The position numbers and the translations under genes are program-made. The notes beneath the pieces are model-generated. The model saw only the letters and a program-made list of their open reading frames with translations, did no database searches and had not been told where the DNA came from. A stretch of DNA of 64,000 nt from sequence record PQ287642.1; one strand, written 5' to 3'. This document shows, piece by piece, positions 17,857 through 28,016 of the stretch. The number at the start of each line of letters is the position of its first letter. Position 1 is the first letter of the stretch.

Positions 17857-18186
17857 TTAAGGTAGGTCTCGATAGATGACCTGTTTGATATAATGATCGA
17901 CACGCGGTTCAGCAGTCTTTCGGATTGGCTCGTATTCCTGATCTAGGATCTCACGAACCTCTTCCCAACATGCTTTACGTAGCATCGCGTAGCGTCTCTC
18001 TGGATCACCAAAGAGGTACTGACTCCTACGGAGCAAGACATGGTGATAGCTTTCAACGACCTTACCGGCCTTAGCTACGACTTTATTAACCATGTCGATA
18101 TGCCTTTGCATTAGATAAGCTGCACCAGCAAAACCGGATACAATTATACCTAATGCAACGGCACCAACAACATAGCGGGTTTTCAT
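17857..18186 (-). CDS. N-terminal TM-anchored protein
   Basis: TM helix VVGAVALGIIVSGFAGAAY. Confidence 0.75.
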   Translation of the reverse strand: MKTRYVVGAVALGIIVSGFAGAAYLMQRHIDMVNKVVAKAGKVVESYHHVLLRRSQYLFGDPERRYAMLRKACWEEVREILDQEYEPIRKTAEPRVDHYIKQVIYRDLP

Positions 18187-18278
18187 GCACCCACTACTTC
18201 ATCGTAAAGAGTACCAGCAATATTCATTGCCAGGATACCGACAGTTACGACAAATACAGTTTTTACGAGAGTGTTCAT
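18183..18278 (-). CDS. 31-aa single-TM microprotein MNTLVKTVFVVTVGILAMNIAG...
   Basis: Not in track; AAGGAG SD; ATGA overlap with the next gene. Confidence 0.65.
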   Translation of the reverse strand: MNTLVKTVFVVTVGILAMNIAGTLYDEVVGA

Positions 18279-18280
18279 GT

Positions 18281-18385
18281 TTATTCTCCTTGAGCAGCAT
18301 TGAATACTTCATCAACTGCCCAACAGGCAGCATTAACAACGATGATACATGCAGCGAGTTTTACACAGAAGCGTGCGAGTCCCAT
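18281..18385 (-). CDS. 34-aa hydrophobic microprotein MGLARFCVKLAACIIVVNAAC...
   Basis: Not in track; AAGGAG SD; first gene after an early promoter. Confidence 0.65.
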   Translation of the reverse strand: MGLARFCVKLAACIIVVNAACWAVDEVFNAAQGE

Positions 18386-18421
18386 GTTGATCTCCTTGAT
18401 CTGTTGACTAATATCACACTT

Positions 18422-18429
18422 GTAATATA
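18422..18429 (-). promoter_or_regulatory. Early promoter TATATTAC
   Basis: TTTAAAGGC-TATATTAC-AAGTG on the minus strand. Confidence 0.75.
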
Positions 18430-18456
18430 GCCTTTAAATTGGTTTGAATGTAGTCT

Positions 18457-18885
18457 TTAGACTACGGACTTACGAGCGATGCGCTGAAGCAGATTCTGAT
18501 CGGTGATGAAATGACCGAGAACACGATCAATTACATCGTCGGCCACATGTTCGTTGTGATTACTTACTTCATTACACAGACCACTCACGAGTCCAGCTTG
18601 ACGAAGTTTACTTTCGGTATTAGCGATCGACTTAATACGATATTCGCGAATAACTTCAACGAACTGACGTTCACCGGCTACGAAACTACTCTTCAAACTA
18701 GAGTACCTGAGAATGTTCTCCATCTTACCGATCATGTTATCCATAGTTTTCATGTGCCAGCGCCAGATATCCGATTTGATCCCTTTAGCTAGCTCATGTT
18801 GACGGTGCATGTAAATTGCATAAGCCATGTAGACCAGGAAAGCGATTACACTTACAGCTACAATTGCGTTGATTGCGATATTCAT
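18457..18885 (-). CDS. N-terminal TM-anchored protein
   Basis: TM helix at the N-terminus; AAGGA SD. Confidence 0.75.
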   Translation of the reverse strand: MNIAINAIVAVSVIAFLVYMAYAIYMHRQHELAKGIKSDIWRWHMKTMDNMIGKMENILRYSSLKSSFVAGERQFVEVIREYRIKSIANTESKLRQAGLVSGLCNEVSNHNEHVADDVIDRVLGHFITDQNLLQRIARKSVV

Positions 18886-18915
18886 TTTTCAATTTCCTTT
18901 TGGGTTTGGTTTGAC

Positions 18916-18951
18916 ACGACATAAAGCCCTGATCGAAGACCAGGGCTTTTT
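18916..18951. terminator. Hairpin AAAGCCCTG...CAGGGCTTT with ACGACATAAA flank
   Basis: Family member. Confidence 0.75.
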
Positions 18952-18959
18952 AGGTTTGA

Positions 18960-19433
18960 TTAAGCAAGGGCCGCCATCCAGGGCGGTACTACGACCACCA
19001 TCTCGTTAGGGATATGACTACTGAACTTTTCTAATGTTTGTTTAACATCAGGCCATTTCAGCATGCCGTTTCCGCAACCGAGCGGTGGTACTACGATCTT
19101 CCACTTAGGGTCGATCCCATCTTCTACATCAATATTGTCGACTATCCATTGGAGGCCGTCATTGATATAGCTTAACTGCGAATCATCTTGCCAACGATCT
19201 TTCGTTGGGAACATCATGTAACGTTTACCATCATCGGCAAGATAGATGGTTGGGTTACCGATGGTGATGATTCGATACTTGCAATCATGTTTATATCTTT
19301 GATACAGTTCAGGGAACTTCTCACGGAAGCTTTCCGCTAAACCTGTACCCATTACGCCACGGGTATTAACAGTTATTAGGTAAAGATCCCCAGGCTCTTT
19401 AAAAATGTCTTTACCTATCACGAATTCAGCCAT
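18960..19433 (-). CDS. DarG/Poa1p-like macrodomain ADP-ribosyl hydrolase (start revised to MAEFVIG)
   Basis: TVNTRGVMGTGLA...FPELYQRY...FPTKDRW...PPLGCGNGMLKWPDVK match DarG-type macrodomain motifs; AAGGAG SD. Confidence 0.85.
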   Translation of the reverse strand: MAEFVIGKDIFKEPGDLYLITVNTRGVMGTGLAESFREKFPELYQRYKHDCKYRIITIGNPTIYLADDGKRYMMFPTKDRWQDDSQLSYINDGLQWIVDNIDVEDGIDPKWKIVVPPLGCGNGMLKWPDVKQTLEKFSSHIPNEMVVVVPPWMAALA

Positions 19434-19501
19434 AGTCAATGGCTCCTTTGTCCTACAAAATCTAATGGTCGCGAAACCACAACTCATCAGATTGTGCAAG
19501 A

Positions 19502-19666
19502 TTAGGTGAACTCATTCACTGCCTTTTTTACCGCTATAGTAAGGGTAATTGCAGCGGTTATTAAAGCAATACCAGCGGTTGCATATTGCATAAGTTCACG
19601 ATTGTGGGCGTACTCACGACGACTCTTTTCGTTTTCTTCGTGAGGTTTATTATGATCATAGAACAT
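19502..19666 (-). CDS. 54-aa microprotein with C-terminal TM helix
   Basis: Not in track; TAAGGA SD; MFYDHNKPHEENEKSRR...AGIALITAAITLTIAVKK. Confidence 0.6.
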   Translation of the reverse strand: MFYDHNKPHEENEKSRREYAHNRELMQYATAGIALITAAITLTIAVKKAVNEFT

Positions 19667-19675
19667 GGTTTATCC

Positions 19676-19795
19676 TTAGAAGCCGTTGAAAATGATTGTT
19701 GCAACAAGAGAGATAACGAACACGATTACAACATGCTCTAGTTTAACCCAGCTCGGTGGGACATTGGGATCACTCTTATTGGAACGCGGGAACAT
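19676..19795 (-). CDS. 39-aa microprotein with C-terminal TM helix
   Basis: Not in track; TAAGGA SD; MFPRSNK...HVVIVFVISLVATIIFNGF. Confidence 0.6.
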   Translation of the reverse strand: MFPRSNKSDPNVPPSWVKLEHVVIVFVISLVATIIFNGF

Positions 19796-19826
19796 TTCTT
19801 CCTTAGCTTGTTCTTGCATAAAGCAC

Positions 19827-20258
19827 CTAATATAACTGGTTTATTCCCAATTGTGATATAGGGTTTAAAATGCTTTGAATGCAAGGTGGACACTCACGAA
19901 GTTCTATAATGAACGCCTCTATATTCCCTTCGTCGTTGCAATATGTCTTTATAGTCTCGATTTCACCTTTTAAGCTATTAAATGCTAATCGATGAAAGTT
20001 ATATAGTTCTTTGAAATTACCTTCAAAGAAACTTGTATCGATTGGATAGCGTTGTAGTTCCATAAGGATGTATTGATACCCTTTATTGAACTCTTTAGCG
20101 TTGTGGTTATAAATAAAGTTGTGCTGTAGTTTCACATACTCGGTGGCTAAAGAGTATAAGTGGTTTACTACATCTATTGAAAGATCGATGAATCCTTTTA
20201 TAGATCCAATAAAGTTGTATGACCAAACGTGGTCAATACGAAAGAACACGTTCTGCAT
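19827..20258 (-). CDS. Hypothetical protein (AT-rich)
   Basis: 143-aa ORF; TAGGA SD. Confidence 0.7.
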   Translation of the reverse strand: MQNVFFRIDHVWSYNFIGSIKGFIDLSIDVVNHLYSLATEYVKLQHNFIYNHNAKEFNKGYQYILMELQRYPIDTSFFEGNFKELYNFHRLAFNSLKGEIETIKTYCNDEGNIEAFIIELRECPPCIQSILNPISQLGINQLY

Positions 20259-20289
20259 ATGGTCCTACCTAAATAAAAACCCACCCCAA

Positions 20290-21675
20290 TTACGGGGTGG
20301 GCTCTATACCGTCTTCTGTTACTTCGAAGCGATTAATGAAAACGCCCAATGTGACTTTACCGACGTGGCGATTGACTGTGGCCCCAGCGTCAGCTGATCT
20401 ACGTTGTTCGTTTACACCTAATAACACGCCGTGGTATGTTTTCACTCGGTTATCAGATATTGTCTGAAATTTAACAGGCATCCCCGGATAGAGTAAATCA
20501 GGATTACCATGTGTCCATTCCAATTTGATCTCTTGTCCTTGCTTTCTAGCCATATCCGTATATTGCTTGAAAGGGTTAGATGTCAATCTATCTTTTGCCC
20601 AGCGAACGTTATTGAATCCTGTTTCCAAATCCTTCATCTTGACTTCGAACAAGTTAGTAGCCCTATCAACTAACATTTTGTTGTCTTTGTCAATTGCAAA
20701 GTCTTGGAATACTTTACGAGCATCCCCAAATCGGAAAGAGTTACCATTCTGAAGTTGCTCAGCGAGTCCTTGGTCAAGTGAAGTCGCATCGCCAGTGGCT
20801 AACACTGTGATATGACGCATCGTGTTTCTGAACGTCTTCTCGGCACCCTGGTACCGATCATTAGGAACGTTGATCAAGTTTAGCACTTTTGTATTCTTTC
20901 CATAACGAGTTGTATCGTAAAGAGGATACAAGAATAAAACCTGATTTTGTATATAACGTCCAATACCCGTAGAATAGATTCCTCCTTCTTTATCTTGGAA
21001 GAATCGATGAACGTCTTTCAAAGGCATTCCATCTGGGATGATAATCTGATTACGTTCTTCTTGACTATATCCATCTGCGATATCGATGGCAAGTAATCTT
21101 TGGCTATCCGAGCCTCCCACTAATTGCCCAAATTGCGTCCACAGTGATTTAAGAGCATTCATTGTGGTCGTAACTCGATATGTAGTGCCACAAGTTACCA
21201 TCATCAGTTTATACGTCAGTTCATCCACAAGTTGCATCTGTACGCTGATCAATCCGATCTGGTTCATCGCTTCTCTGGATTTAAGATTAGAGTTCTTTCC
21301 TGACAAGGCCGGGTTATCGTCACCACTAACGGAAATAATCCCTCGGTAACGTTTGGTAACTGCTTTCCGTTCGACGTTACGTGTAGCTACTGCTTCCAGT
21401 AGAGGTATCTCAGATACATCGACTTGTAGGTTATCGCGATAAGGGACGATATCATGGACATAGTCACCATAACCAATTAAGAACTGAACCTCTCTGATAT
21501 CACCAAGTTGACCACTCCCGTAGTCTCTATTCAAATAAAGAAAATCAAGACGTACAGGAGTAATCCACTTTTTATTAGCAAGGATTTTAATCTCATTGCG
21601 GAAGTTAGAATAGCTTTCACCAATTTCGGTAACCTGTTCGACTTCACGCATTAAAAGCGTACTATCGACAGACAT
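20290..21675 (-). CDS. Virion structural protein, baseplate-hub-like (phiKZ gp101-like position)
   Basis: C-terminal WTHGNPDLLYPGMPVK...YHGVLLGV resembles hub-type folds; synteny. Confidence 0.65.
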   Translation of the reverse strand: MSVDSTLLMREVEQVTEIGESYSNFRNEIKILANKKWITPVRLDFLYLNRDYGSGQLGDIREVQFLIGYGDYVHDIVPYRDNLQVDVSEIPLLEAVATRNVERKAVTKRYRGIISVSGDDNPALSGKNSNLKSREAMNQIGLISVQMQLVDELTYKLMMVTCGTTYRVTTTMNALKSLWTQFGQLVGGSDSQRLLAIDIADGYSQEERNQIIIPDGMPLKDVHRFFQDKEGGIYSTGIGRYIQNQVLFLYPLYDTTRYGKNTKVLNLINVPNDRYQGAEKTFRNTMRHITVLATGDATSLDQGLAEQLQNGNSFRFGDARKVFQDFAIDKDNKMLVDRATNLFEVKMKDLETGFNNVRWAKDRLTSNPFKQYTDMARKQGQEIKLEWTHGNPDLLYPGMPVKFQTISDNRVKTYHGVLLGVNEQRRSADAGATVNRHVGKVTLGVFINRFEVTEDGIEPTP

Positions 21676-22247
21676 TATTCAGCCTCCACGATGTAACGTT
21701 CAATCTGATCTACGATAGAAACGTATGGCTTTAATTTACCTTCGACTTCACTACGTGCCTGCAACCACTTATTAGTGGATGCCAAGTTACGACGACGGTT
21801 CATTGCCACAAGCGAGTCAAATATTTGACTACGTACGTCTTCACGCGGTTCCAGCTTTTTCGCTAGTTCATAAACCTCAATAGCAAGTGCTTCGAAAAGA
21901 CGAAGATCTTCAATAGGTGGGAAACCAGCTGGATGTGCATGGAATAGAGTTTGTTCTCGCCAGTCACCCAGATGTTTCTGGATGTCAGCATAGATCTGCA
22001 CGCAGTCTTTATAGTTAACGAGACCTACGCTATACCCCTCACCCATCATCATTGCAATACCAGCGGCTGTTTGTTGACCACGGGACATTTGCGATACACG
22101 TTCACGGTCGACTAGTCGATCTCCCGTTACGTTGATATGGTTATTACGTAGATAGTTAGTGCTATAAGCTGCAAGATCTGGTGTAACAACTTCATAACGA
22201 AGATGGAACAAACGCCATGCCGCAGTATATCGTTCACAGAGTTGCAT
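21675..22247 (-). CDS. Conserved phiKZ-like protein
   Basis: Coupled within the structural operon. Confidence 0.7.
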   Translation of the reverse strand: MQLCERYTAAWRLFHLRYEVVTPDLAAYSTNYLRNNHINVTGDRLVDRERVSQMSRGQQTAAGIAMMMGEGYSVGLVNYKDCVQIYADIQKHLGDWREQTLFHAHPAGFPPIEDLRLFEALAIEVYELAKKLEPREDVRSQIFDSLVAMNRRRNLASTNKWLQARSEVEGKLKPYVSIVDQIERYIVEAE

Positions 22248-22253
22248 TGGAGA

Positions 22254-23660
22254 TTACCTCGTTGCGTATTTAAGTAGTGCTATCAGGACAGGGTGATAAT
22301 AAAATCGTTCCAAATTGTCCCACGAAAGGCAACATTTCGTCACTTTTCTTAATTGGTTCATGTCCATAGGTTGACGATTGATCATTTGCCAAGTTAACAT
22401 TTCCAGTTTAGTCTGGAGCTTGGCATCTTCCGTATAAAAGGCTTCGGTAAATACATAGAAGTTATCACGAACTACGGGTGCGATGTCAGCCGGGCGATCC
22501 CACGCTTCATCTTGTTTTATGACATCTGGATCAGCACGTTTAAACCATTCGCTGTTTCGTTCTTCTTGCGTCTTATACGGTATTTGAGGACGACGTGGTT
22601 GACCTTCATGGAACGGAATTCCTTCTGGTCGAGCACGGTCTTCACCATCGTATTGTGAATCCACGTCAGTTGGTCCCTCGATAGGGAACACGAACCTAGG
22701 GATACCGGTATAACCAATTGCCTGTAGTTCTGGCCGCCAGCGGGAGATTCTAGTAGCTACGAGATGTGCACGTTCAGTAGAACCGCAAAGACGGGTAGCA
22801 TCTTGACGTAAGATAGCATCCCAAATAGTTGGTTGCTTCATTACAGGTTCGGACATTACATTCAGTAACTTAACATTCATCATCCGTCGATCAGTTTTCA
22901 TGTCAACCATCATAACCATCGCTTTAGTTACAAAATGGTCATAGGTTTTCATTAACTGATCTGGTACCAGGAATGTACTATGTTCAACAGAGAAGAAGTC
23001 ACTAATGTATCTCCGAATGATTTCTTTACGAAGAGCAGCAAAATCTTTTTGATCTTGTTGTTCTTGTTCAGTAACAAACGGACCACAACCACTAGTAAGA
23101 GAACTTGCAGAATAATAGTAAGTGATTATAGTCTTACGTTCAAGGTCTTCTACTTGTTGTTCATTAAGTTTACTCACCATCTTCCATTCGATAGCGTATG
23201 TGGAATCACGCAAGAATGTTTCACGACGAGCCGCCGTAATAGTGAATAGACCTAGTACACCATCACCAATGTTACCAATGAACATATCTCCAACGTTGGG
23301 AACGAGGAACGGATATGTGTGTCCGGCACCAGTAACAGAGAATGTACGAATACGTTCATCTTGGGAAATATCTAAAGATTGGTTAACCTTAAGATCCATT
23401 CCTTTAATGCAACGGTATTGTTGATATGGTGGTTGACGATGGAGAGCCAGGGGAGTTGGTTCTTGAGTTTCGTCAAGAATTTGTGAGAAATACGTTACGT
23501 TCCAGTTAGAACCATTTATCCATGCAAGCATCGAACTTTTTGGTACGAACTTTGTATCAATGGCAATGCCCCGATAAACCTCGGGGCGTGCTTTGACAGT
23601 AACAGGATTAACTTCTGGACTCTGAGGAGCAATTTCTTCCTCATCTACAAAAAGAGACAT
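22254..23660 (-). CDS. Virion structural protein (possible neck/adaptor)
   Basis: [17 protein letters not shown] motif; structural operon. Confidence 0.65.
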   Translation of the reverse strand: MSLFVDEEEIAPQSPEVNPVTVKARPEVYRGIAIDTKFVPKSSMLAWINGSNWNVTYFSQILDETQEPTPLALHRQPPYQQYRCIKGMDLKVNQSLDISQDERIRTFSVTGAGHTYPFLVPNVGDMFIGNIGDGVLGLFTITAARRETFLRDSTYAIEWKMVSKLNEQQVEDLERKTIITYYYSASSLTSGCGPFVTEQEQQDQKDFAALRKEIIRRYISDFFSVEHSTFLVPDQLMKTYDHFVTKAMVMMVDMKTDRRMMNVKLLNVMSEPVMKQPTIWDAILRQDATRLCGSTERAHLVATRISRWRPELQAIGYTGIPRFVFPIEGPTDVDSQYDGEDRARPEGIPFHEGQPRRPQIPYKTQEERNSEWFKRADPDVIKQDEAWDRPADIAPVVRDNFYVFTEAFYTEDAKLQTKLEMLTWQMINRQPMDMNQLRKVTKCCLSWDNLERFYYHPVLIALLKYATR

Positions 23661-23662
23661 CG

Positions 23663-25309
23663 TTAACTCCTAATGTCAGAAATAATGTGCGAAAATAATA
23701 CGTTCAATGGACCGACTTTGTGTTGATCTATATAACCACCACTGGCTCCAACTTCTGCAATGATCTTGTCTTGCTCTTCACGAGCTTTAGCAATATCACC
23801 CCATTTCACGATACCACGCTTAAACGTATTAGGTAGGTCAGACGTGATTGGTGTAGTACCTTCACCTGGAGCATCGGGATCTTCTGGACGAGGACCACTT
23901 AGACCCAGTAGTTCCATTTTCTCGATCGGGTTACGACCAATACTAACACGGAACAACCGGAACAGACTCCAGCAGGTAGTTGGATAACGACGAATCATCT
24001 CCCAGTACTTATCATGGATACCATAGAAGTTCTTAGAGAGACTAATTTGAATGTGGTAGTACTTCAAAGGATCCAGTGGGATGGTTGTTCTCAGAAGAGT
24101 AGTCCCAGGATCAATTGTCATCGGTACACGTAACCGCTCGTTATTTTGATACAACCGGATTTCAAAGAAAGAACCATCTGCGATTGCAGCTGTTCCTAGA
24201 GTCTGGATAAACTCAAGCCAATATGGATTGAATGTAAATCGACCTAGGTTCTTGAAGTCCATCAGTGATGTCAGGTCATCTTTACTCAGGCACAACAACC
24301 CATTAAAGAATGTGAAGCGGTGCGGTGGAATTTGGTCAGTATGCCAATCATCGATATCTGGATGCTGGATATAAGGTAGACCCATATCTCGCATTAAGAG
24401 AAATTGATGATCTAATGTTCCACGTAAAGATGTAGTCTTCCGATCAACCGCTTGATAATTCTGATATCGATACTCCGGTCGGAATACTTTAGGAATAGTA
24501 CACTGGTTCATTAGGATTGGATAGTTAACACGCATATGCGTAGGTCGTTCATAACGACACAGATAGCTAAAATTAACAGTGTATCCACCAGCATTATCAG
24601 ACGACTTTTGTGGCGTATCTGGAGATGTACTAAAGTCAAACCAACCGACCACATCAACTTGACGTTCGTATATAGAAAGTGTAGGATGTGTACTTGCTAG
24701 GGTAGCCATTTCGGTTTGAGGTTGGCACCAATGTTTCTCCATCCACTCACGGAAGGTTAGATCGGTTGGCCAGTTTGACTTCTGCATTGTATCATACAGT
24801 CCTTTCATCAAACCTAAAAGAGATGGAGGGACATTATAGTGATACGTTAGAGACATTGTCATCTCAGCACCGCCGGCTGAACAACGTATCCGTTGATCGT
24901 CTAACCAGCGTTGAGCCAGTACCACGTTAGGTGCCTGATATTCAATGTCTATCCTGAAGTCAACAAAACGTCGAATCGGTCGAATAGTAATATCATGAAC
25001 ATCATCAACGAATAGAGGAAAGTTCTCGTTGTTATAAACCGCAGTTGAAAGAGTAAAGTTCTCTTCGGCTATTTCTTCATATGCAACTGTAATACGTTCT
25101 TCTGGGTCAAAGTGAACAGCATCGGCTGCATCGCAACAGTTACCAAACATACCGTCGTTCATAGGAACGGTATCGACACGTCCAGGTAGGTAAACTCGGG
25201 TAGCACCGGGTAACTGCATCATTGTAGCAATTTGTCGAATAGCATCGACTGATACCTTCCGCATTACGGTTTCGTATACGTCTGGCAAGGGGATAATTGC
25301 ATGGGGCAT
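23663..25309 (-). CDS. Virion structural protein (start revised to [10 protein letters not shown])
   Basis: GAGGTGG SD before ATG 25309. Confidence 0.7.
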   Translation of the reverse strand: MPHAIIPLPDVYETVMRKVSVDAIRQIATMMQLPGATRVYLPGRVDTVPMNDGMFGNCCDAADAVHFDPEERITVAYEEIAEENFTLSTAVYNNENFPLFVDDVHDITIRPIRRFVDFRIDIEYQAPNVVLAQRWLDDQRIRCSAGGAEMTMSLTYHYNVPPSLLGLMKGLYDTMQKSNWPTDLTFREWMEKHWCQPQTEMATLASTHPTLSIYERQVDVVGWFDFSTSPDTPQKSSDNAGGYTVNFSYLCRYERPTHMRVNYPILMNQCTIPKVFRPEYRYQNYQAVDRKTTSLRGTLDHQFLLMRDMGLPYIQHPDIDDWHTDQIPPHRFTFFNGLLCLSKDDLTSLMDFKNLGRFTFNPYWLEFIQTLGTAAIADGSFFEIRLYQNNERLRVPMTIDPGTTLLRTTIPLDPLKYYHIQISLSKNFYGIHDKYWEMIRRYPTTCWSLFRLFRVSIGRNPIEKMELLGLSGPRPEDPDAPGEGTTPITSDLPNTFKRGIVKWGDIAKAREEQDKIIAEVGASGGYIDQHKVGPLNVLFSHIISDIRS

Positions 25310-25342
25310 GGTAACCACCTCATGGTTTAAGATCATAAGATC

Positions 25343-25383
25343 CGGCATAAAGCCCTGCCTTTTTAGGGCAGGGCAATATGTTG
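25343..25383 (-). terminator. Hairpin GCCCTGCC...GGCAGGGC + TTTATGCCGG
   Basis: Family member. Confidence 0.8.
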
Positions 25384-25387
25384 TTAC

Positions 25388-27922
25388 TTACAGAGCTTTA
25401 CGAACAACACTAACAATACCATCTGCCACGTCAAGAGCATGCTGTGTTACGAACTTATACGCATCCACATGCGCGTAAGACACTTTCAGCATTGCACTAG
25501 CCAGATCATCCAGCTCAGCTTGTTCATCCCAACCCGATGCACGGGAAGTAGTATCGAACTCACTGGAGCCAGTGCTCAATGCACGGTTGCGTGTAACGTC
25601 GAGATTGATAATGTCATCGATAGCTTTAGAACCAACGGAATCAGCAAGCTTATCAGCCAGGGCGACGTATGCCTTAGCCATCTTAAGCATGTTCGCTAGA
25701 TCAGCTTTGGTCACATCGAAACTAACTTGGCGATCCTCTACTTTGACCTTCTTGAATACAGGTACCAGAGTATATGCCAAAGCCTCGATCTTACTATCGC
25801 CACCGCGTGGGCCTTTCTCGTATTCAATAGCCCAACCACCCATGAGAGCGTTAGCCATGTTTTCCGGATACTTGGCAGGTTTGATATTCAGAGCAGTCTT
25901 AACTAGCGGACCAGTCTTATCGTAACCACCTTCAGTAACAGCCTTGTTGATGACACCTACTACTTCTTGCAGTGCACGTTCAGAGTCTTTAACGCCCTTA
26001 ACAGCGATCTCGGAAGTGACACGAAGATCTTTTGCAACAGCTTGCACGAGGTTAGTTTCTTTGGTGGCCATATCGCTAGAAATACCTTTAACGGTTTCAC
26101 GCCCGATATTGGACTTACCAAGTTTAGTCAGAGCAAGGTCGACATCTTTGTTAAGTGCTTGAGAACGCTTCTTAACTTTAGTAACGAGGGGACCTTCCCA
26201 CCATTTAATCAACTTCTCGTTCAGTGCACGCTTCAGACCGGTAATACGACTAAGGAAACCGCGGAAAGACTCAAGACTAGCAGCATAGTACTTATCGAGA
26301 TCTTCTTTACCATATTGCTCCATCGAAGGAACGGAAGGAGCATAGTCACCAAATGCTTTCTTGAGTTCATCAAGTTTAACTTGACTCAGGATAAGAGTTT
26401 GAACACTATAGCTTTCTTGAGAGAGACCATATTTCAGAATCTCCATGAAGCCTTCTACAGACTCCTTCTCTTTCTGAAGATCTTCGATTGTACGGCTGGC
26501 ATCAATCGCTTCCTCTTCATCAGCATCGGCTTCTTCTTCGGCCTCATCGGCTTCTTTTACGGCTTCGGCTACATCGTCTTCAGTGACATCAGTGTCAACG
26601 TCCTCGATATCCAGTTCACCTTCATCGAAGTTAGCTTCACCGTCATCATCGATTTCTCCATCGGGTTCGTCTTCTTCGATCTCTTCGAGAACTGGTTCGT
26701 CTTCAGTGACATCTGTAGTCTCATCGGTAGACTCGGATTGATCTTCGACTTGTTCATCTACAACCTCCGCTTCTGTCTCAACAGGAGTTTCCTCTTCGTT
26801 GACGATGTCTTCTTCAGGAGTTTCTTCCACTTCCGCCGGTGTTTCTTCTTCGACTTCAGTTTCCTCGACTACTGGTTCTTCCTCTGCTGGAATTTCTTCC
26901 ACAGTAGATTCTTCAGTTTCAGTCACTTGTTCTTCAACTGGAGTTTCTTCAGCTGGAATATCATCAGTGGAATCTTCAGCGATTTCTTCGTTGACTTCTT
27001 CCGTTTCAGCTACATCTTCAGAAACTTCTTCTTCGGTAGTTTCCGCGATAGACTCTTCGACTTCGGGTACGGTGACTTCGTCAGCGCCTTCTTCAACTTC
27101 AGGGGTAGAAACACCATCCACCTGATCATTTGCTTCGGTTTGAGCTTCCGGTTCTAACTCAGGTAGTTCTTCATCACCACCCTGAGTTTCACCACCTTCT
27201 ACAGTGGCCGGCTCAGTGTTGTCGAGTTCAGGGGCAGCATCACTGACATCAGCTACTTCTTCAATCTCTGCTTCCGAAGTCTCTTCTACTTCTTCAACCG
27301 GGGTTTCCGGTTCTTCACCGATGGTATCAGCGGTAGCAGTTTCACCACCGTCATCGACAGTAGTTTCGGTATCAAGAGATTCAACATCGTTAGTCAGTTC
27401 AGTTTCACCAGTATCGTCGCTATTAGTGATATCTACGTTTTGTTCACTAGTAGTATCTTCAGCAGGTACAGTGTTACCATTTACATCTGTCTCGTTGGCT
27501 TCGATGGCCTCGGCATCTGCCGCGGCTGCTTCAACAGTTTCCTGTTGGGTTGCTTGAATCTGTTCGGCCTGTTCAGTGAGTTCTTTCACTTCGGTAGCTT
27601 GTGCTTCTTCAGCTTGAGCAGCAGCAGCCTCAGCCGCAGATTCATTGGTAGTAGCCATAGGTTCTGGAATACCAGACGACTCTTCACTGGTTTCACCAGC
27701 AAGAGGTTCTTCTACCGTTTCCAGATCACCATCGGGTTTTACTTCTTCAGTGGGGGTAGCTTGCGCAAGTTCATCGCCTGCTTCAACTACATCGCTTTCC
27801 GGTTCTGCGGATGCTTCTACATTAGTAGCATCTACAGTTTCAACAGGCTTATCTTCAACTTCGGTGGAGCTCTCAGCGAAGTCTTCAAGACTGGTGATAT
27901 ATTTGTGAATGTTCTTCAACAT
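25388..27922 (-). CDS. Inner-body/ejection head protein with a very long acidic propeptide
   Basis: About 480 aa of E/D/T/A/V/P low complexity, then LEAY-like region, GLSQES and ASLES cleavage-type sites and a folded C-terminal domain. Confidence 0.8.
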   Translation of the reverse strand: MLKNIHKYITSLEDFAESSTEVEDKPVETVDATNVEASAEPESDVVEAGDELAQATPTEEVKPDGDLETVEEPLAGETSEESSGIPEPMATTNESAAEAAAAQAEEAQATEVKELTEQAEQIQATQQETVEAAAADAEAIEANETDVNGNTVPAEDTTSEQNVDITNSDDTGETELTNDVESLDTETTVDDGGETATADTIGEEPETPVEEVEETSEAEIEEVADVSDAAPELDNTEPATVEGGETQGGDEELPELEPEAQTEANDQVDGVSTPEVEEGADEVTVPEVEESIAETTEEEVSEDVAETEEVNEEIAEDSTDDIPAEETPVEEQVTETEESTVEEIPAEEEPVVEETEVEEETPAEVEETPEEDIVNEEETPVETEAEVVDEQVEDQSESTDETTDVTEDEPVLEEIEEDEPDGEIDDDGEANFDEGELDIEDVDTDVTEDDVAEAVKEADEAEEEADADEEEAIDASRTIEDLQKEKESVEGFMEILKYGLSQESYSVQTLILSQVKLDELKKAFGDYAPSVPSMEQYGKEDLDKYYAASLESFRGFLSRITGLKRALNEKLIKWWEGPLVTKVKKRSQALNKDVDLALTKLGKSNIGRETVKGISSDMATKETNLVQAVAKDLRVTSEIAVKGVKDSERALQEVVGVINKAVTEGGYDKTGPLVKTALNIKPAKYPENMANALMGGWAIEYEKGPRGGDSKIEALAYTLVPVFKKVKVEDRQVSFDVTKADLANMLKMAKAYVALADKLADSVGSKAIDDIINLDVTRNRALSTGSSEFDTTSRASGWDEQAELDDLASAMLKVSYAHVDAYKFVTQHALDVADGIVSVVRKAL

Positions 27923-27932
27923 GTTGTTTACC

Positions 27933-27986
27933 TTCTGTACAGAATACGAGTAGCGTTATTCGTCCTAAACGCTACTCATGGACGAA
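27933..27986 (-). promoter_or_regulatory. Structured leader: overlapping 10-bp and 7-bp helices plus 12-bp palindrome at the SD
   Basis: GAGTAGCGTT/AACGCTACTC, TTCGTCC/GGACGAA, TTCTGTACAGAA. Confidence 0.5.
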
Positions 27987-28016
27987 ACACTGTTTCAGAT
28001 TATTGAACGCCAAGGC

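Noticed and set aside
25967-27157. Phe-rich 396-aa plus-strand ORF and Ser-rich neighbours
   Set aside because: Antisense reading of the GAA-rich acidic propeptide.
27975-28000. GGACGAAAC resembling a hammerhead ribozyme core
   Set aside because: The required CUGANGA upstream of stem II is absent (GTTATTC instead), and stem III would be only 2 bp.
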